This document shows, one piece after another, positions 46,852 through 55,968 of a DNA stretch of 64,000 bases (its first letter is position 1; each line of letters begins with the position of its first letter). This DNA comes from Candidatus Bathyarchaeia archaeon (GTDB lineage Archaea; Thermoproteota; Bathyarchaeia; 40CM-2-53-6): positions 160,001 to 224,000 of the forward strand of contig JBEKVV010000003.1 of NCBI GenBank assembly GCA_049513715.1. Reading direction: 5' to 3'. The notes under the pieces are model-generated. The model did not search any database. It was not told the origin of the DNA and saw only the letters and a program-made list of their open reading frames with translations. Position numbers and translations under genes: made by a program.

Positions 46852-47697
46852 ATGAGTAACATCTACCAAAAGATCAGCGAGTTGCTTCACAATCAGGAGA
46901 CCTTTGCCTTAGCGACCATTGTGAACTACAAAGGCTCAGTTCCCCGCCGAGTTGCCAAGATGATCGTCACCAAAGACCTCAAGACATACGGGACGATTGG
47001 CGGAGGTTGCGTCGAAGGCCAAGTAGCCGAAGAAGCAGCCCTTATGCTGCGCGAGGGAACTAGCGGTGTTGTTACAAAGTCATATGATCTGGTGGAAGAA
47101 GAATTCGGGGGAGTAGGCATGAGCTGCGGCGGCAAGATTGACGTGGCAGTGGAAATCGTTGAACCTGACCCCAGGCTTATTGTCGCAGGAAGCGGTCACT
47201 TGTCTTCTGCGATCGCTAGGCTTGGACGTGTGCTCGATTTTGACGTCATCGTAATCGACCCGATGGCGAAGAAGGAGAAGTTCCCTGAAGCTCGCGTCGT
47301 CATTTCAGATTTCGTGGAGAACAACCTACCTAACATCCCCACGTCGACGAACACGTACATTGTGATTGTTACAAGGCATAAGGACGACTTGCCAGCCTTG
47401 AGAGCCGCCCTCAAAACCAAAGCCACCTACATTGGGTTAATCGGAAGCCGGCGAAGAGTTCTGCAGGGATTCCGGATTCTCAACAAAGAAGGTTACAGCG
47501 AGCAGGAGCTCAGCAGGGTGAATGCTCCCATTGGGTTGGACATCGGCGCCGAAACGCCTGACGAGATAGCGGTCAGCATCATGGCTGAAATAATCCAGCG
47601 CCGCAGGCTGGGGGCAAGCAAGCCTGCAGAGCCCATGAAGGTCGAATTGGCATCATTGAAGTCAATTCCGCAAGATGCGGAGACTCCCAAACAGTAG
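46852..47697 (+). CDS. xdhC: XdhC/CoxI Mo-cofactor insertion chaperone
   Basis: GSVPR, GTIGGGCVE, GMSCGG, YIGLIGS and APIGLDIGAETPDEIA. Confidence 0.93.
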   Translation: MSNIYQKISELLHNQETFALATIVNYKGSVPRRVAKMIVTKDLKTYGTIGGGCVEGQVAEEAALMLREGTSGVVTKSYDLVEEEFGGVGMSCGGKIDVAVEIVEPDPRLIVAGSGHLSSAIARLGRVLDFDVIVIDPMAKKEKFPEARVVISDFVENNLPNIPTSTNTYIVIVTRHKDDLPALRAALKTKATYIGLIGSRRRVLQGFRILNKEGYSEQELSRVNAPIGLDIGAETPDEIAVSIMAEIIQRRRLGASKPAEPMKVELASLKSIPQDAETPKQ

Positions 47698-47813
47698 ACT
47701 CCACGCAGCAACTCACCGATCTCAGTTTCTGCTAACTGGTCTTGAGTCATTAGATCCTGGATACAACCACCAAGCAGACTTCGGACTGATTATCCTCGCC
47801 GCCCGAGCGAGAT

Positions 47814-48104
47814 TCAAGCGGATGATGGTTTGGTGCGGCTTCTCATATTCACCAAGTATGTAGCAGCGCTCGAGATTACGAGGGCAACGACGACCCAGGA
47901 TCCGATGTCTTCAACCAACCCGTCCCAGAGTATGTGCTGCTCTGGCATGGGGATAACTTGCAGCCTCCAGGGGACTGGAAAGCCCCGCATTACGACATCA
48001 ATTCCAATGTGGGGTTGGGGTGTCAGAAAGAGGCCTGACACCAAAGCAACTACAACGCCTAGAACAACAGAAAAGACCGCTGCACCCTTCATGTTTAGGT
48101 TCAC
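47814..48104 (-). CDS. Small membrane protein
   Basis: Two TM segments flanking RGFPVPW. Confidence 0.6.
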   Translation of the reverse strand: MNLNMKGAAVFSVVLGVVVALVSGLFLTPQPHIGIDVVMRGFPVPWRLQVIPMPEQHILWDGLVEDIGSWVVVALVISSAATYLVNMRSRTKPSSA

Positions 48105-48203
48105 GTTTCTCGGCTCCTGATTTGATTCTGTCTTAGGCGGCTATTTAGCCGATATTTCTGAACATGTGTTCTAACCATTCGAACGCTCAGGAGAGTTTTT
48201 ACG

Positions 48204-48219
48204 TACTACATCCATAGTA
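48204..48219. promoter_or_regulatory. Putative BlaI-family operator
   Basis: Inverted repeat TACTA-N6-TAGTA about 20 bp upstream of the blaI-like gene. Confidence 0.45.
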
Positions 48220-48237
48220 GGTTAACGTGCTTCGAGC

Positions 48238-48612
48238 ATGTCATTGGGAGACCTGCAAGCAGACATCCTAGGTGCCCTGCAGAGACTAAGGAAGGCAACC
48301 GCCAGGGACATTATGGAGGAAGTGGGGGGCGAGAAGCATTTGGCGTACACAACAGTGAGCACAGTCCTAGACCGATTGCACCGAAAAGGGCTGGTCAGAA
48401 GGACTAGAGTCAAAGGAAGAGGGGGAGCCAAATATCTCTACTCGTACGCAGCCCCCATCGGTATGCGCTCCAACCTAGTAGATAGGGCGGTAGCCCAGCT
48501 GGTTAACGCCTTCGGCCCGTCCATCGTTCCAACAATTTACGATAGCCTAGAGCAAATATCAAAGGAAGATGTCAGTGAATTAAAGAGGAAGGTAGCAAGA
48601 GCACGAAGGTAG
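48238..48612 (+). CDS. BlaI/MecI/CopY family repressor
   Basis: SLGDLQADIL and LAYTTVSTVLDRLHRKGLV. Confidence 0.92.
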   Translation: MSLGDLQADILGALQRLRKATARDIMEEVGGEKHLAYTTVSTVLDRLHRKGLVRRTRVKGRGGAKYLYSYAAPIGMRSNLVDRAVAQLVNAFGPSIVPTIYDSLEQISKEDVSELKRKVARARR

Positions 48613-48618
48613 CCAAGC

Positions 48619-49515
48619 TTGAGCTTAACTGCGATTTACGGCGCCTACTTTAGCGACTTTGGTACACTCGCTGCCCTAGCGCTACCACTGCTCACACTTG
48701 CGATTCTGTTTGTGCTGTTCAAGAGAACAAGTAGCCCTAGGGCGCGGTCTTGGGACCTTGGCCTCATGCTTATCTCTTCCATTTTCCTGTGGGTCTTCAT
48801 CGCCGTTAGCCTAATCCTCTGTTTCGCTTTCGCAGAAACATACGAGTACCAAATAGCAGCAGGCATACGCGCCGTTTTTGGAAGAGCCTTGCTGGTCGGA
48901 ATCGTCGCGGCTCTCCCCTTCTCGTTTCTGTTGCGTGAGATCTCTCCCCAGATCACTTTGGCAAGAGTAAAACGCCTAACAATTCCAGAGAAAGAGATTG
49001 CGAATTCCTTTGATGTTCTCCGCAGAAGAATGGGGATTACATCCGCTGAGTTGCGGCTCTCTAAATCCCGCGCCCCCGTTTCTTTCGCCATTCAGACTGA
49101 CAAGCCGATCGTCGTGATGTCTGAAAGTCTCCTCTCCTTGCTGAAGGATGATGAGATTGAGGCGGTGATGGCTCATGAATTGGCGCACATCAGAAACTCG
49201 GATACTACCCTCAAAGCGTTAGTTACCGCGTACAAGACTGCGCTACCTCACGATCCAATAATCCGCCTGGTGGAAGCCGCATTTCATAGGGAAAGAGAGA
49301 TGGTGGCTGACGAGACAGCTGCCGAAATCACAAAGAAACCGTTGTCGCTTGCATCAGCCTTGTTGAAAATCTATGAGGCCTTCCCCAAGAGCAACCTTCC
49401 GTCTTTGGGAACATTGTCGATTCTCGGAGCTGGGTCAACGTTGATGAGCCGCCACCCGCCAATCCGCCACCGAATTAGCCACCTTATCAATTTGGCAGAC
49501 ATCCACCATCAGTAA
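48619..49515 (+). CDS. M56/M48 family membrane Zn-peptidase (BlaR1 protease-like)
   Basis: TM N-terminus, AHELAH (HExxH), REMVADE and HPPI. Paired with BlaI. Confidence 0.88.
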   Translation: MSLTAIYGAYFSDFGTLAALALPLLTLAILFVLFKRTSSPRARSWDLGLMLISSIFLWVFIAVSLILCFAFAETYEYQIAAGIRAVFGRALLVGIVAALPFSFLLREISPQITLARVKRLTIPEKEIANSFDVLRRRMGITSAELRLSKSRAPVSFAIQTDKPIVVMSESLLSLLKDDEIEAVMAHELAHIRNSDTTLKALVTAYKTALPHDPIIRLVEAAFHREREMVADETAAEITKKPLSLASALLKIYEAFPKSNLPSLGTLSILGAGSTLMSRHPPIRHRISHLINLADIHHQ

Positions 49516-49639
49516 CGTGCATGGCTTGCCGAGCGTTTCAGGGACTCATCTAGAGGCGTGAATGAACCCCCCTGGCCGTTGTACGATATGCCCCGTGCCG
49601 TATTGCAGCCAGGCGGCTACATCTACATCTAAGTTCGGT

Positions 49640-50485
49640 TTACTGCGAACGCTGATCCTTCTGATCTTTCTTTTCTTTGGCGAGCTCTTGGATGCTGGTT
49701 ATCCCAAGCGGTGGAAATCCCAGCGATACGCCTGCGGTGGGTGTGTTTGTGGGCACAAGCATGAGTGTGCCTTTACTTTGTAAGCCAAGTTCGTAAAGGA
49801 TGTTCATCCAGCGCAATTCCAAAGCTCGCACGTTCTTATCGTAAAGGTTGGCTGCGTCCACCATCTTCTGAGCCGCCTCGTACTCAGCCATCGCAAGTGT
49901 TACTCTTGCCCGGCGTTCTCGTTCTGCTGAAGCCTGTCGTGACATCGCTTCTTGAAGCATTCCAGGAATCGCAATATCCTTAATCTCAACCGAGGCGACC
50001 TTGATTCCCCAACGCTCTGTCTTTTCGTCGATAATGTTTCGGGATTCGACTCCTACCTTTTCACGTTCAGTTAACAGTTCGTCGAAACTTGCTTTACCGA
50101 TGACTTCTCTCAGTGTTGTCTGCGCTGCCAAGGTTGTTGCCTCAAGATATCTCTCAACGTTCAGAATCACTTTCTCCACATCTATCGCCTGAAAGAACAT
50201 AATGGCGTCCACATTGACTGGCACGTTGTCTTTCGTTAACGTCTGCTCAGTTCTGAAAGGAACGGTTTGTACCCGCATCGAAACGATGTTGGGTATCCTG
50301 TCGACAAATGGAATTATGTAGAATAATCCCGGACCTTTCAGTCCCGTAAAGCGGCCCAGGCGAAGTACTGGGGCGCGTTCCCATTCTCTGATAACTCTGA
50401 TACCTGATGCAAATACGATTATGATGAAGAGGAGGAGGATAATCCCAGCAATTAATTCTGGTGTGATAATGTCTTCTAACGCCAT
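49640..50485 (-). CDS. SPFH/stomatin (slipin) family protein
   Basis: LRLGR, GPGL, TKDNVPVNVDA, AQTTLR and AERERRA. Confidence 0.95.
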   Translation of the reverse strand: MALEDIITPELIAGIILLLFIIIVFASGIRVIREWERAPVLRLGRFTGLKGPGLFYIIPFVDRIPNIVSMRVQTVPFRTEQTLTKDNVPVNVDAIMFFQAIDVEKVILNVERYLEATTLAAQTTLREVIGKASFDELLTEREKVGVESRNIIDEKTERWGIKVASVEIKDIAIPGMLQEAMSRQASAERERRARVTLAMAEYEAAQKMVDAANLYDKNVRALELRWMNILYELGLQSKGTLMLVPTNTPTAGVSLGFPPLGITSIQELAKEKKDQKDQRSQ

Positions 50486-50496
50486 TTATCGAGCCT

Positions 50497-51870
50497 TCAG
50501 GTTTGGGTTTGCTGGTGCTTGACTCTTAAGATTAGCCCTTCCCTGCCAACTATTTCGACCGATTCGCCCTCCTTCACGGTGCCCATGACGGATTCGGCTT
50601 TCCAGGTTTGACCCTCGACTCTAACCTCGCCGCGAGGTGAAAGCACTGAAACCGCTATGCCTATTTTGCCGGTGAACTGCTCAGGGCCGACCTTTACTTT
50701 CATCCGTCTTGCTTGAGCCACTTTGTAGACGACGACCCCGAACATCCCTGACATTACGAGTGCAACTGCGACCAGAGTCTGCCTAGCAGAGGTGACCGCC
50801 CTCGCGGAGAGTAGCTCCCAGCCGGGTAGTGGAAACGCCAAGAAGCTTCCGAGGATAATCACTCCAATTCCGGCGAGAGCGAAGATTCCGATGTGCGTTT
50901 TGATTTCGATGAGCGTGAGGGCGATTCCGAGGACGAACAGGAGAATCGCGGCTGCGTTGATGCCGATGATTCCGTATCCGAGGAGGGCGAGGAACACCAT
51001 CAGTCCCCCCGCTATCTCGAGCCCAAAACCAGGCGTCTTGAACCCAATTACCACTGCATAGAGGCCGACGAGAAATAGCACGGTGGCTATGAGGGGGTTC
51101 GAGAGCACCTGAAGCAGCATGATGCTGATTCCTGGGTTGTAAGTGTACGAGCTCGCTTGAGACATTCCTGAGAAATCGTAGCTTTGGGTGTACGGATAGC
51201 CGCTGATGGAATTACTCATCACGAGTTTCCATGCAGATGTACCCGCCCCGGTTGCGGTTAGAATGAGCGTGTAGGGTTCAAGTTGAGAGAGCAGGCTTTG
51301 CAGAGTGTCTGCGGCGAACTCAATGACATGGTACCTCAACGCTTCTTCAGGGCCGAGGTTGATGTTCTTCGTGATGAATTCTTGTGCGATTGTCTCATTT
51401 CTGCTATGAAGGCGAGCGTTGTTAACCATGAGTCCGGAAAGGGCGTTGATGAACTTTGAATCATTCAGAACTTGACCGGTTGAAGTATCCGGTTGCGCTG
51501 ACCCAATAGTTGTACCCGACGCCATGACTGCAATGTGGGACGCCATGAGAATGTATGTCCCACCACTCCAAGCTGTAGCCCCAGACGGGGTAACCCAAAC
51601 AACCACGGGTATAGGGGAGCTGTTGAAATCATTCATTATTTTTGTAACTGAGCCAACATCGCCGCCTGGCGTATTCAGCTCGTAGACAATTAGACGAGCC
51701 CCCCCAGCACTGGCCTCGGCAATGGAACGCGAAACCAACTCTACCGTGGGCTGCGAGATGTCTGAGCTTATCCGAACGACCAAGACGCTTCCAGGAGTTG
51801 CCCAAATAGCTGGTTGAAACCCAAGAACCAATACTGTTGCTAGGAGGACCGCGAAGAGGATAAGCCTCAT
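50497..51870 (-). CDS. nfeD: NfeD long-form membrane serine protease
   Basis: LNTPGG, SGGTYI and GSAQP ClpP-like domain, TM block, C-terminal OB fold (PRGEVRVEGQTWKA). Upstream of SPFH. Confidence 0.92.
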   Translation of the reverse strand: MRLILFAVLLATVLVLGFQPAIWATPGSVLVVRISSDISQPTVELVSRSIAEASAGGARLIVYELNTPGGDVGSVTKIMNDFNSSPIPVVVWVTPSGATAWSGGTYILMASHIAVMASGTTIGSAQPDTSTGQVLNDSKFINALSGLMVNNARLHSRNETIAQEFITKNINLGPEEALRYHVIEFAADTLQSLLSQLEPYTLILTATGAGTSAWKLVMSNSISGYPYTQSYDFSGMSQASSYTYNPGISIMLLQVLSNPLIATVLFLVGLYAVVIGFKTPGFGLEIAGGLMVFLALLGYGIIGINAAAILLFVLGIALTLIEIKTHIGIFALAGIGVIILGSFLAFPLPGWELLSARAVTSARQTLVAVALVMSGMFGVVVYKVAQARRMKVKVGPEQFTGKIGIAVSVLSPRGEVRVEGQTWKAESVMGTVKEGESVEIVGREGLILRVKHQQTQT

Positions 51871-51960
51871 GTTGCCTGCGTCTCCATGCAATTTCAGGGA
51901 CAGCTTCCTTTAAAGTGTGCTTCAATTCAGTCGGAAGGGCGACCTGAAGAGATCGAAATA

Positions 51961-52638
51961 ATGTCCATCAAGGTAACATTGACGCGGCCGACACGAAGAA
52001 TGCAGGCAGCGATGCTTGCGACGATTGGCAGGCGTTTTCCTGTCAAAGTTTGGAAACCGGGTCCGCCGTTTGAAACGCTAATCCACACTATACTGTCCCA
52101 GAACACGAACGACCGCAACAGCGACGCCGCCATGAGGAAACTTCGAATGCGGTACAAGATAACCCCAGCCGTGCTAGCAAAGGCGAATGTTGCTGATTTA
52201 ATTCCGTGTATTCGCTCTGCTGGGCTGTATAGGTCCAAAGGACCGAGAATCAAGGAAGTCTCAAGAATCATTCAAGAAGAGTATGGGGGGCGGTTGGCGC
52301 CGATTCTCGATTTGCCGTACGCGAAAGCGAAGGAGAGTTTGATGACGCTGCCAGGTGTTGGGCCGAAGACTGCGGATATCTTGCTTGCTTTTTGTGCAGA
52401 GCATCCCGTAATACCGGTGGACACACATGTCACCCGCGTAACGAAACGGCTGGGAATTGCGCCGAAAAACGCAACATATGAAAAAGTCCGCACAAGTCTT
52501 GAAGCGCTAATCCAACCAAAAAGAAGAATCCCACTACACCTGTCCATAATCGCGTTTGGTCGGGAAATTTGTAGGGCACCTAGACCTCGTTGCCCGAATT
52601 GTCCGGTGAACCGCACATGCCCGAGCAGCACCGTTTAA
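51961..52638 (+). CDS. nth: Endonuclease III
   Basis: ILSQNTND, HhH LPGVGPKTA, VDTHV and the FeS motif CRAPRPRCPNCPVNRTC. Confidence 0.93.
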   Translation: MSIKVTLTRPTRRMQAAMLATIGRRFPVKVWKPGPPFETLIHTILSQNTNDRNSDAAMRKLRMRYKITPAVLAKANVADLIPCIRSAGLYRSKGPRIKEVSRIIQEEYGGRLAPILDLPYAKAKESLMTLPGVGPKTADILLAFCAEHPVIPVDTHVTRVTKRLGIAPKNATYEKVRTSLEALIQPKRRIPLHLSIIAFGREICRAPRPRCPNCPVNRTCPSSTV

Positions 52639-52682
52639 CATAAAATCTACTGAAAACCAATCGCAATAACTCTTTTTAGTAC

Positions 52683-52889
52683 ATGGCATGCGCACGAATA
52701 GAACAAGGTGGACTCTTGTTGGCAACGGAAGAACCAGGCAACGACATACCGTTCTTCGCTGAAGTTACTGCAGGTGGAAGAATAACCATCCCAGAGGAAA
52801 TTCGCAAGATATTCGAGATCAAAGACGGCGACGCGGTCTTCTGCAGACTGAAACTGATGCCAAAGAAAAAGAACAACGCACCAAAGTAG
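52683..52889 (+). CDS. AbrB/MazE/SpoVT DNA-binding protein
   Basis: GGRITIPEEIRKIFEIKDGDAV. True start may be TTG 52716 or 52719. Confidence 0.85.
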   Translation: MACARIEQGGLLLATEEPGNDIPFFAEVTAGGRITIPEEIRKIFEIKDGDAVFCRLKLMPKKKNNAPK

Positions 52890-52894
52890 CGTAA

Positions 52895-53551
52895 CTACTT
52901 CGCTGATGCCGACAGTAGCGTTCTCCCCAAAGCGGTCAACCTCACTCTGAGCCGGCCGCGTTTTCCCCGTTCCACTTCGATGAGGCCAAGCTTTTGCAAC
53001 CCTGCACCTTCCTTTGAACCGCGTATGTGGTAGCTCAGAAGAGGCTTCCCGTAGCTTGACAACGTGCTGAGCTTCTCTAAGCTTTCAACGTCTCCGCCTG
53101 CCAGCTCGATAGCACGGAGGATCTCCATTTTGGGCTTGGTGACGGCCTGCGTGTAGCTCTGATTCATTACGGGGAGAACTGCTGGTTGCTCGCCCAGGAC
53201 ATCGAAGGCTCTTATTCCAAGGACGAACGCTGCCGTAACCCCTGCGCAGGTCAGATGGCTGTCCGCAGACCCAACGTTGATCAGGATATCGTCGAAACTC
53301 TCAGATTCCTTCTTCACAATCTCACTTACCGTCTCCAACATGGTTGGAATCGTTGGATCTTTAACTTGGACGATCTCGACAGCAAGTTTGAGAGTGCTAC
53401 CCAATTTCTCCGCAAGCTGGTTTGCTTGATTCAGGAAACCGTTAGGTGTGATGAGAGTGAGTTTGTGTGCCGGAAAATTCCTTAGCCCTATGAGAACCGC
53501 ATCCTCGCTGCCGCCACCCAGCAACGCAATTTGGAGCGTTCTCAGAGGCAT
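52895..53551 (-). CDS. Csa3-like CARF/Rossmann + wHTH transcriptional regulator
   Basis: N-terminal alpha/beta domain (ILINVGSA) and C-terminal wHTH (KPLLSYHI...LGLIEVERGKRGR...LTALG). Confidence 0.7.
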   Translation of the reverse strand: MPLRTLQIALLGGGSEDAVLIGLRNFPAHKLTLITPNGFLNQANQLAEKLGSTLKLAVEIVQVKDPTIPTMLETVSEIVKKESESFDDILINVGSADSHLTCAGVTAAFVLGIRAFDVLGEQPAVLPVMNQSYTQAVTKPKMEILRAIELAGGDVESLEKLSTLSSYGKPLLSYHIRGSKEGAGLQKLGLIEVERGKRGRLRVRLTALGRTLLSASAK

Positions 53552-53761
53552 AGTCTGGCTTCCGTACTGGTGTATTCAAACCATTGCAGTCCATATTTAA
53601 TCCATTGATTGCATTCGACTGAGTCAAACAGCAATCAACCGCAATGGGCGTTCAGGTTTGACTGATCTCATCATCTAGGTTCGGACCCTGCAATAGTTCT
53701 CATCAGCGGTCGTTCAACCATAGCGCTTTATGATGCTTCCTCTCTCAAGCCCCTAGACCTG

Positions 53762-55024
53762 TTGGGGGAATTGAACTTGTCAAGGAAATACTCCGACCGA
53801 CTTTCGTTGACAGGTTCGATCCTGCTCTCTTCACCATTGTACATTGCAGTCTTCATTATGCGGTTTAGCTTCGGCTTGGTACTCTTCACATTACCAATCT
53901 ATCTTCCCAAGCAAGAGTTCTCCAACTTCGTCGTCGGCGTAATCGCTGCCGCATACCCAGTTGCCGAAACAATCTTCGGCCCAGTCATCGGCGTCCTATC
54001 GGACCGCTATGGAAGAAAAATGTGGATTTACATCGGACTGAGTATCTCAACCATGATTTTGTTTGCTTTCACGCTGAGCACTAACATCCCATACTTGATC
54101 GCAATTCATGCTCTCCAAGGCGTTGCAGCTGCAATGATCGTGGTTAGTTCGCTTACGCTAGTCACAGACGTGAGCACAGTCAAAACCCGGGGCCGCGAAA
54201 TGGGACTCTACGATTTCGCTAACCTGGGAGGTTACATGGTCGGAATCCTTGTAGCGGGAGTCCTTCTGAGAACACACTTTTCACTTGTACCCTTCTACTT
54301 CGGCTCGGCCTTGGCCGCCGCTGGAGCCATCTACGCATTCTTCAAAGTCAAAGAGAAAGCTGACGTAGGGAAAGACAAGGCGTTGTCTCCGGTTCAAACG
54401 ATGAGCTTGCTACTTCGAGACAGGCGCGCTGCCGCGATGTTTCCCATATGGTTGTCCGTGACCACGTTTATCGGGATGGCTTTGACCTTCGGCCCGCGAT
54501 TAGGCCCTTCACCGCTGCTCACAAGCTTCCTAATTGGAGGCAGTGTCTTGATATTGGCTTTCACGCAACCATTCTTCGGCCAACTTTCGGATAGATATGG
54601 CCGAGATCGATTGATGATGCTCGGAATGCTGTCACTCATCGGCTTTTTCGTGACCGTGATCGTGATGTTTCGTGGAAGGCATGAACCAATTTTCACTGTA
54701 CCTTTCCTAATCGTATTCGGGGTGGGAAGTTTCGCTTTCGCACCCGCCGCGTTAGCCACTCTAGGTGACTACGCGCCGGAGAAAGGGCGGGGCACAACGA
54801 TGGGCATGTACAGTGTCGTAATTAGCTTCGGTACAATCATCGGACCCCTACTGGGGGGTTACTTGCTTGACAACTACGGCTTGTCCAGCCTGTTTTACGC
54901 CGGTCTCATCATTTTGATGGTTGCGTTGGCTTTGGCCATTGGCATAGCTGGCCCAGATCTCAGGCAGACCGCATTTTCCCGGCCAGAGAAGCGAATTCGA
55001 GCCGCAAGCGGGAAAGCCTTCTAA
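53762..55024 (+). CDS. MFS transporter
   Basis: GVLSDRYGRK and GQLSDRYGRD motif A copies; about 12 TM segments. Confidence 0.92.
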   Translation: MGELNLSRKYSDRLSLTGSILLSSPLYIAVFIMRFSFGLVLFTLPIYLPKQEFSNFVVGVIAAAYPVAETIFGPVIGVLSDRYGRKMWIYIGLSISTMILFAFTLSTNIPYLIAIHALQGVAAAMIVVSSLTLVTDVSTVKTRGREMGLYDFANLGGYMVGILVAGVLLRTHFSLVPFYFGSALAAAGAIYAFFKVKEKADVGKDKALSPVQTMSLLLRDRRAAAMFPIWLSVTTFIGMALTFGPRLGPSPLLTSFLIGGSVLILAFTQPFFGQLSDRYGRDRLMMLGMLSLIGFFVTVIVMFRGRHEPIFTVPFLIVFGVGSFAFAPAALATLGDYAPEKGRGTTMGMYSVVISFGTIIGPLLGGYLLDNYGLSSLFYAGLIILMVALALAIGIAGPDLRQTAFSRPEKRIRAASGKAF

Positions 55025-55079
55025 TCGAAGAAAGGAGGAATGGCTGGGCCGCGGTTTAGCCAGCCATTGGAAATCAGGT

Positions 55080-55529
55080 CTAACGTTGTGCTATGGGTTG
55101 TTCGTGAAACATCGTAGGTGGTCTTGGGAGCACGCTCTCGCGAAGAACGAAGGACATTGCGCCCGCGATGAGGACTAGAATTGCGCTTACCGCTCCAAGC
55201 TGCGAGTTGACGTTAGCGACGCGGAATGTTCCGACTAGCCCCAAGCTGAGAGTCAGCAAGATAGCGCCGAAGATTATTCCGCGCATTCCCGCTTGCGATA
55301 ATAGCCTTCTTGATGCGAGCGTGTAGCAGTGGATGGCTCCAAGTGAGCAGATGAGGCTCACGACCAAGACGACGGCGAAGACAAAACTGAAAGAGGCGGG
55401 TAGCGTGAATGGGTAAATGCTGGCTATTGGAATCGCGAGGATGCTGATGACGAGGCTGATGACTCCACCTATCACGAACAGTGCTGCGGCCATATCCAGG
55501 AACCCGGTTTTCAATGAAACTTTGCTCAT
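55080..55529 (-). CDS. Membrane hypothetical protein (4 TM)
   Basis: Hydrophobic ORF with ATG start. Confidence 0.7.
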   Translation of the reverse strand: MSKVSLKTGFLDMAAALFVIGGVISLVISILAIPIASIYPFTLPASFSFVFAVVLVVSLICSLGAIHCYTLASRRLLSQAGMRGIIFGAILLTLSLGLVGTFRVANVNSQLGAVSAILVLIAGAMSFVLRESVLPRPPTMFHEQPIAQR

Positions 55530-55708
55530 TTTTCAAACCTTCACCATTACCTTGCACAGAAATCGCGTTAAGTATTGTGGCACAATGTCGCACAAAGACA
55601 CTGGGTACCACTATTCCACCTGGCGATGAAGCGTACGACTCTGCCGAACATTACAGTGAATATCGCAACTATGAGCTCGTCTGGTTGTTGCAGGGACTGT
55701 GCGACTGA

Positions 55709-55939
55709 CTAGCGTCTCCTGATTATCATTTGGATAATTGCAATGACTACGAAAGCTATGCCTGCGTAGATTAGGCTGTGAGTTAGGAACCATACGACCA
55801 CGGCCGCGATGATGGGGAGTATGAAGTGAATTACTGCTTTCAGCAGTAGGATTATGATGATACCAACTATCAGTAGCACTGCAAAGATTGCGATCTCACT
55901 GAAACTGAACGGCAGCTGAAAGATGGAAAACATAGTCAT
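55709..55939 (-). CDS. Small membrane protein
   Basis: Highly hydrophobic 76 aa with a basic RRR tail. Confidence 0.65.
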   Translation of the reverse strand: MTMFSIFQLPFSFSEIAIFAVLLIVGIIIILLLKAVIHFILPIIAAVVVWFLTHSLIYAGIAFVVIAIIQMIIRRR

Positions 55940-55968
55940 TACCAGTGAGAATTATGATTGATTAGGTA

